This document shows positions 35,055 to 37,714 of a stretch of DNA of 37,714 bases, one piece after another. The DNA lies in the NCBI GenBank assembly GCA_018302165.1, contig JAGWAA010000003.1:1-37714 (forward strand). The letters run 5' to 3'. The first letter of the stretch is position 1, and the number at the start of each line of letters is the position of its first letter. The stretch is from Candidatus Woesearchaeota archaeon. Its GTDB lineage: Archaea; Nanobdellota; Nanobdellia; SCGC-AAA011-G17; GW2011-AR17. Made by a program: the position numbers and the translations under genes. The notes below the pieces were generated by a model, which was not told where the DNA came from, searched no databases, and saw only the letters and a program-made list of their open reading frames with translations.

Positions 35055-35600
35055 ATGGACAACTATAAACATAAATGGACAGCACTTCAAAATAGTATAT
35101 TTAGATTCCTTTGTATAAAGACAGGAATGAGCACAAACTTAAGAGGTCTAGCAAAATCATTAAAAGTATCACCAACAGCAGTTTCAAAGTCTCTCGACAA
35201 ATTAGAAAAAGAAGGTCTAATCAAAATAAACAAATCAAAAACTATGAACCTTATGTCTATTGAATTCAATCGTGATAATCAAAAAGCAATTAATTTCAAA
35301 AGAATTGAAAACGTAAAAATTATTTATGAGTCAAATTTCTTAGAAACTTTAGAAAATCTATTCCCTGGATGCAGTATAATCCTTTTCGGTAGTTATTCAT
35401 TAGGTGAAGATACCATCAACTCAGATATTGACATAGCCATAATAGGAACTAAAGGTAAAGAAATAGAATTAACAAAATATAATAAACTATTCGAAAGGAA
35501 AGTAACAATAAACTTCTATAAATCCTGGTCAGATATCCACAAGCACTTAAAAGAAAATATTCTAAGAGGAATAGTATTGCATGGAGGAATAGAATTATGA
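35055..35600 (+). CDS. wHTH-fused minimal nucleotidyltransferase (MNT-type antitoxin candidate)
   Basis: LAKSLKVSPTAVSKSLDKLEKEGLI wHTH, then the NTase signature GSYSLGEDTINSDIDIAI. Confidence 0.7.
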   Translation: MDNYKHKWTALQNSIFRFLCIKTGMSTNLRGLAKSLKVSPTAVSKSLDKLEKEGLIKINKSKTMNLMSIEFNRDNQKAINFKRIENVKIIYESNFLETLENLFPGCSIILFGSYSLGEDTINSDIDIAIIGTKGKEIELTKYNKLFERKVTINFYKSWSDIHKHLKENILRGIVLHGGIEL

Positions 35601-36040
35601 AATACTTTGAAGATTTCGTTTCAGAAGGAATAATCAAAAAAACTTCTATAAATAAATCCAAAGCTAAATTTCTAATAGAAGAAACTGAAAGAACCTCAAG
35701 AAGTCTGTTCAAGCGCATTGAAGCTCTGGGTATTGATGATGATAATGCAAACTCAATCACAAAAGATTGCTATGATATAATCATGGAACTAATCCGTGCC
35801 ACACTACAACTTTCAGGCTATTCTTCATCAGGTGCTTATGCCCATGAAGCCGAAATCTCTTTCTTAAGAAAATTAAAGTTCTCTGAATCAGAAATAGTAT
35901 TCATAAACGACTTGCGTATAAATAGAAATGGAATAACTTACTATGGTAAAATCTTAAACAAGGATGATGCAGAAAGAATAGTTTCATTTACAAAAAAGAC
36001 TTATCCCAAGTTAAAGAAATTAGTTATAGAAAAAATATAA
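35597..36040 (+). CDS. HEPN-domain protein (toxin candidate of an MNT/HEPN pair)
   Basis: ATGA overlap with the NTase gene. Helical 147-aa protein with LRINRNGITYYG at the position of the HEPN R-x(4-6)-H motif, with Tyr in place of His. Confidence 0.55.
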   Translation: MKYFEDFVSEGIIKKTSINKSKAKFLIEETERTSRSLFKRIEALGIDDDNANSITKDCYDIIMELIRATLQLSGYSSSGAYAHEAEISFLRKLKFSESEIVFINDLRINRNGITYYGKILNKDDAERIVSFTKKTYPKLKKLVIEKI

Positions 36041-36075
36041 CAGTTCAATCGCCACTGAGGCTCCGAAAAAGATTC
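36041..36075 (+). repeat. Island repeat copy C (partial)
   Basis: The first 24 nt, cagttcaatcgccactgaggctcc, are identical to copy A. Similarity then degrades (gaaaaagatt) and is lost. Confidence 0.85.
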
Positions 36076-36130
36076 AATTAAATAACCAAAAACTTTATAT
36101 TACATTTTAGCATTACAAATAATACTAACT

Positions 36131-36204
36131 GCTAGGGAGTTCACTGTGTAAAGTCTCAGGGGGCAAACTAGGGCAGCGGCACTCTTCGTAGTGCCCTTTA
36201 GTAC
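36131..36204 (+). ncRNA. Candidate structured RNA or element R2 (strand uncertain)
   Basis: GC-rich gctagggagttcactgtgtaaagtctcagggggcaaactagggcagcggcactcttcgtagtgccctttagtac with hairpin ggcac-N8-gtgcc. TTTATATT lies ~30 nt upstream and a T6 run lies immediately downstream. Confidence 0.25.
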
Positions 36205-36696
36205 TTATTTTTTCAAGAATTTTTCAAAATCATCTAATCTGATAGTAACATAAGTTTTCATTTTATTTTTAGAATCCTTAGCCATTAAATAAGCATAATT
36301 ATCCGCAAAAGAATTTTTATCTAACTTTTTAAATTGACAATCTAAAATATTCAATTTTAATAATCCTTTCAAGAAATAATTCAAATTATTGACAATTTCA
36401 TTATTATGCCCATAAAAATCTCTACAAATATTTAAAGAAACATTTTTTATTTTAATAGACTTAAATAAATAATAAATAACAATAGAATAAATTCTAATTT
36501 GAAGATTAACTTTCCCTTGAACAGATTTTTTATATTTATACAATTCTTGACCATACTTAGAAGCTATAATTTGAACGAGTTTATTATTAAACTTAAAACC
36601 TTTAATCAGTTTTCCATCTTTACTAGCAATACAAATAACATAATTCTTACTAAGAATATCTTTACCACTAACATCAATATCAAATTCCATTAACAA
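36205..36696 (-). CDS. hypothetical protein
   Basis: 163-aa ORF. An inverted copy of the shared promoter motif lies ~35 nt upstream of its ATG. Confidence 0.45.
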   Translation of the reverse strand: MLMEFDIDVSGKDILSKNYVICIASKDGKLIKGFKFNNKLVQIIASKYGQELYKYKKSVQGKVNLQIRIYSIVIYYLFKSIKIKNVSLNICRDFYGHNNEIVNNLNYFLKGLLKLNILDCQFKKLDKNSFADNYAYLMAKDSKNKMKTYVTIRLDDFEKFLKK

Positions 36697-36726
36697 TAAC
36701 TGAAAAAACCTTTTTAAAAAGTTTGA

Positions 36727-36749
36727 GAAGAAAATTCCGAAAATCTTTC
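36727..36749 (-). promoter_or_regulatory. Inverted partial copy of the shared promoter-proximal motif
   Basis: The reverse complement reads gaaagattttcggaattttcttc; 20/22 identical to the corresponding part of copy B. Confidence 0.45.
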
Positions 36750-36800
36750 AACTTTTTTCACTAAACCTTTTTGAACCAAATATTTCTAATTTAGAATTAA

Positions 36801-36918
36801 GTCCGTGTTGCCTAATCCGGTATGGCAGATGTCTGAAAAAGCCCCAGTTCACAGCTGAGGCATCTTGAGACAACATCGTCTCGGGAGAGACTTCCGGGTT
36901 CAAATCCCGGCACGGACT
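36801..36918 (+). tRNA. Intron-containing tRNA with a class II (Leu/Ser-like) long variable arm; anticodon not confidently assignable
   Basis: Acceptor GTCCGTG/CACGGAC. D arm GCC-TAATCCGGTAT-GGC. Anticodon stem GATGT...ACATC separated by 40 nt (7-nt loop plus ~33-nt intron). Variable hairpin GTCTC-GGGA-GAGAC. T arm CCGGG-TTCAAAT-CCCGG. Confidence 0.75.
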
Positions 36919-36923
36919 CACAT

Positions 36924-36940
36924 TGTCGCCTAATCTGGTA
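36924..36940 (+). other. Degenerate duplicate of the tRNA 5' region (positions 6-22)
   Basis: tgtcgcctaatctggta versus tRNA tgttgcctaatccggta (15/17). It starts 6 nt after the tRNA 3' end and is followed by AT-rich DNA. Confidence 0.5.
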
Positions 36941-37031
36941 ATTATTAATTAATCCTAATTAATTTAAATATTTTCCCTAAAAATCTTTGTAAAGGTTTGC
37001 TTTAAATATAATTAATTCTTTCAAAATAACC

Positions 37032-37714
37032 ATGCAAAAGCTCCTTTCCAAATCCAAATACCTTAATGGCCTCCAATGCCCTAAACTATTATGGATTTCT
37101 GTTAACGACAAAACAAAAATGCCAGAAGTATCAGAATCCACCCAGAAATTATTCGATCAAGGCCAAATCGTCGGCGAATATGCAAAGAAATTATTCCCTG
37201 AAGGCATCAATATCCCAGTCAAAGACTTCAACAAAAACTTAAATGATACAAAAGAACTTTTAACCAAAAACAAACCACTGTTCGAACCCGCATTCTTAAT
37301 CAACAGACTTTACTCTAGAGCAGATATTTTAGAACCAACAAACAATGGCTGGAATATCATAGAGGTCAAAAGCTCCACTGAAGTCAAAGAAGTCAACATC
37401 CAAGATGTCGCATTCCAAAGATATGTTTACGAGAAAGCAGGCTTGAAGATTGACAGATGTTATTTATTACACATTAACAACAAATATGTTAGACACGGCG
37501 ATATTAACCCAAAAGAATTATTCACTAAAGAAGATATTACTATTCCTGTTAACGAAGAACTAAAATTTGTAGATGATAGAGTTATAGAAATGCTAGAAAT
37601 TATTGATGGCAAAGAACCTAATACAACCATCAGCAAAAACTGCAAAGAACCTTATGAATGCCAAATGAAAGAATTATGCTGGTCCTTCTTACCCAAAGAA
37701 AACTCAGTCTTCGA
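37032..37714 (+). CDS. DUF2779/Cas4-like PD-(D/E)xK nuclease, 3'-truncated by the window end (hand-translated; not in the ORF track)
   Basis: MQKLLSKSKYLNGLQCPKLLWISV..., RADILEP...WNIIEVKSS (D...ExK), FQRYVY (QxxxY), C-terminal Cys cluster CKEPYECQMKELC. Confidence 0.7.
   Translation, partial: MQKLLSKSKYLNGLQCPKLLWISVNDKTKMPEVSESTQKLFDQGQIVGEYAKKLFPEGINIPVKDFNKNLNDTKELLTKNKPLFEPAFLINRLYSRADILEPTNNGWNIIEVKSSTEVKEVNIQDVAFQRYVYEKAGLKIDRCYLLHINNKYVRHGDINPKELFTKEDITIPVNEELKFVDDRVIEMLEIIDGKEPNTTISKNCKEPYECQMKELCWSFLPKENSVF

Noticed and set aside
35087-35760. Minus-strand ORFs 35087-35269 and 35449-35760 over the MNT/HEPN pair
   Set aside because: They are antisense to genes with a clear NTase signature and ATGA coupling.
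33441-36075. CRISPR array interpretation of the three direct repeats
   Set aside because: The repeats are ~62 bp long and separated by 1.0-1.5 kb of protein-coding DNA, not by 25-50 bp spacers. There are only three copies and no cas genes.
36499-36693. 64-aa plus-strand ORF inside ORF 36205-36696
   Set aside because: It is an antisense, Asn/Ile/Phe-rich translation. The minus-strand ORF is longer and has the shared promoter motif upstream.
37460-37645. 61-aa minus-strand ORF near the window end
   Set aside because: It is antisense to the hand-translated DUF2779/Cas4-like ORF, which has strong family motifs.

Overview
Visibly AT-rich archaeal chromosomal segment. The gene content, small proteins and tight ATGA gene overlaps suggest a reduced DPANN-type archaeon, which is inference. 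Most of the window is information processing: an MCM helicase carrying two LAGLIDADG inteins, TBP, IleRS, a TRAM protein, RFC small and large subunits, HtpX, a HerA/DUF87 ATPase, RlmE, a Trm5/Taw2-like methyltransferase, FEN1, family-B DNA polymerase, Lrp/AsnC and CDC48. Two things stand out. (1) All three AAA+ replication genes (mcm, rfcS, rfcL) are broken by short deletions with frame changes. These remove the PS1-hairpin/sensor-1 block, the segment before GDxR, and Walker A respectively, while the neighbouring large genes are intact. (2) The last ~4.5 kb (33.2-37.7 kb) is an accessory region next to an intron-containing tRNA. Three copies of a ~62-bp direct repeat begin right after stop codons (copies A and C) and delimit small cassettes: an unknown overlapping gene pair plus a lipoprotein, a wHTH-MNT/HEPN pair, and an unknown ORF. 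The region also holds two GC-rich structured intergenic islands (candidate ncRNAs), a tRNA 5' fragment and a Cas4/DUF2779-like nuclease. The 3' half of the repeat is a promoter-proximal motif that recurs at 21.6 kb and, inverted, at 36.7 kb. I saw no CRISPR array, rRNA, transposase or integrase. All functional calls come from motifs read by eye in the supplied translations; no database search was possible.
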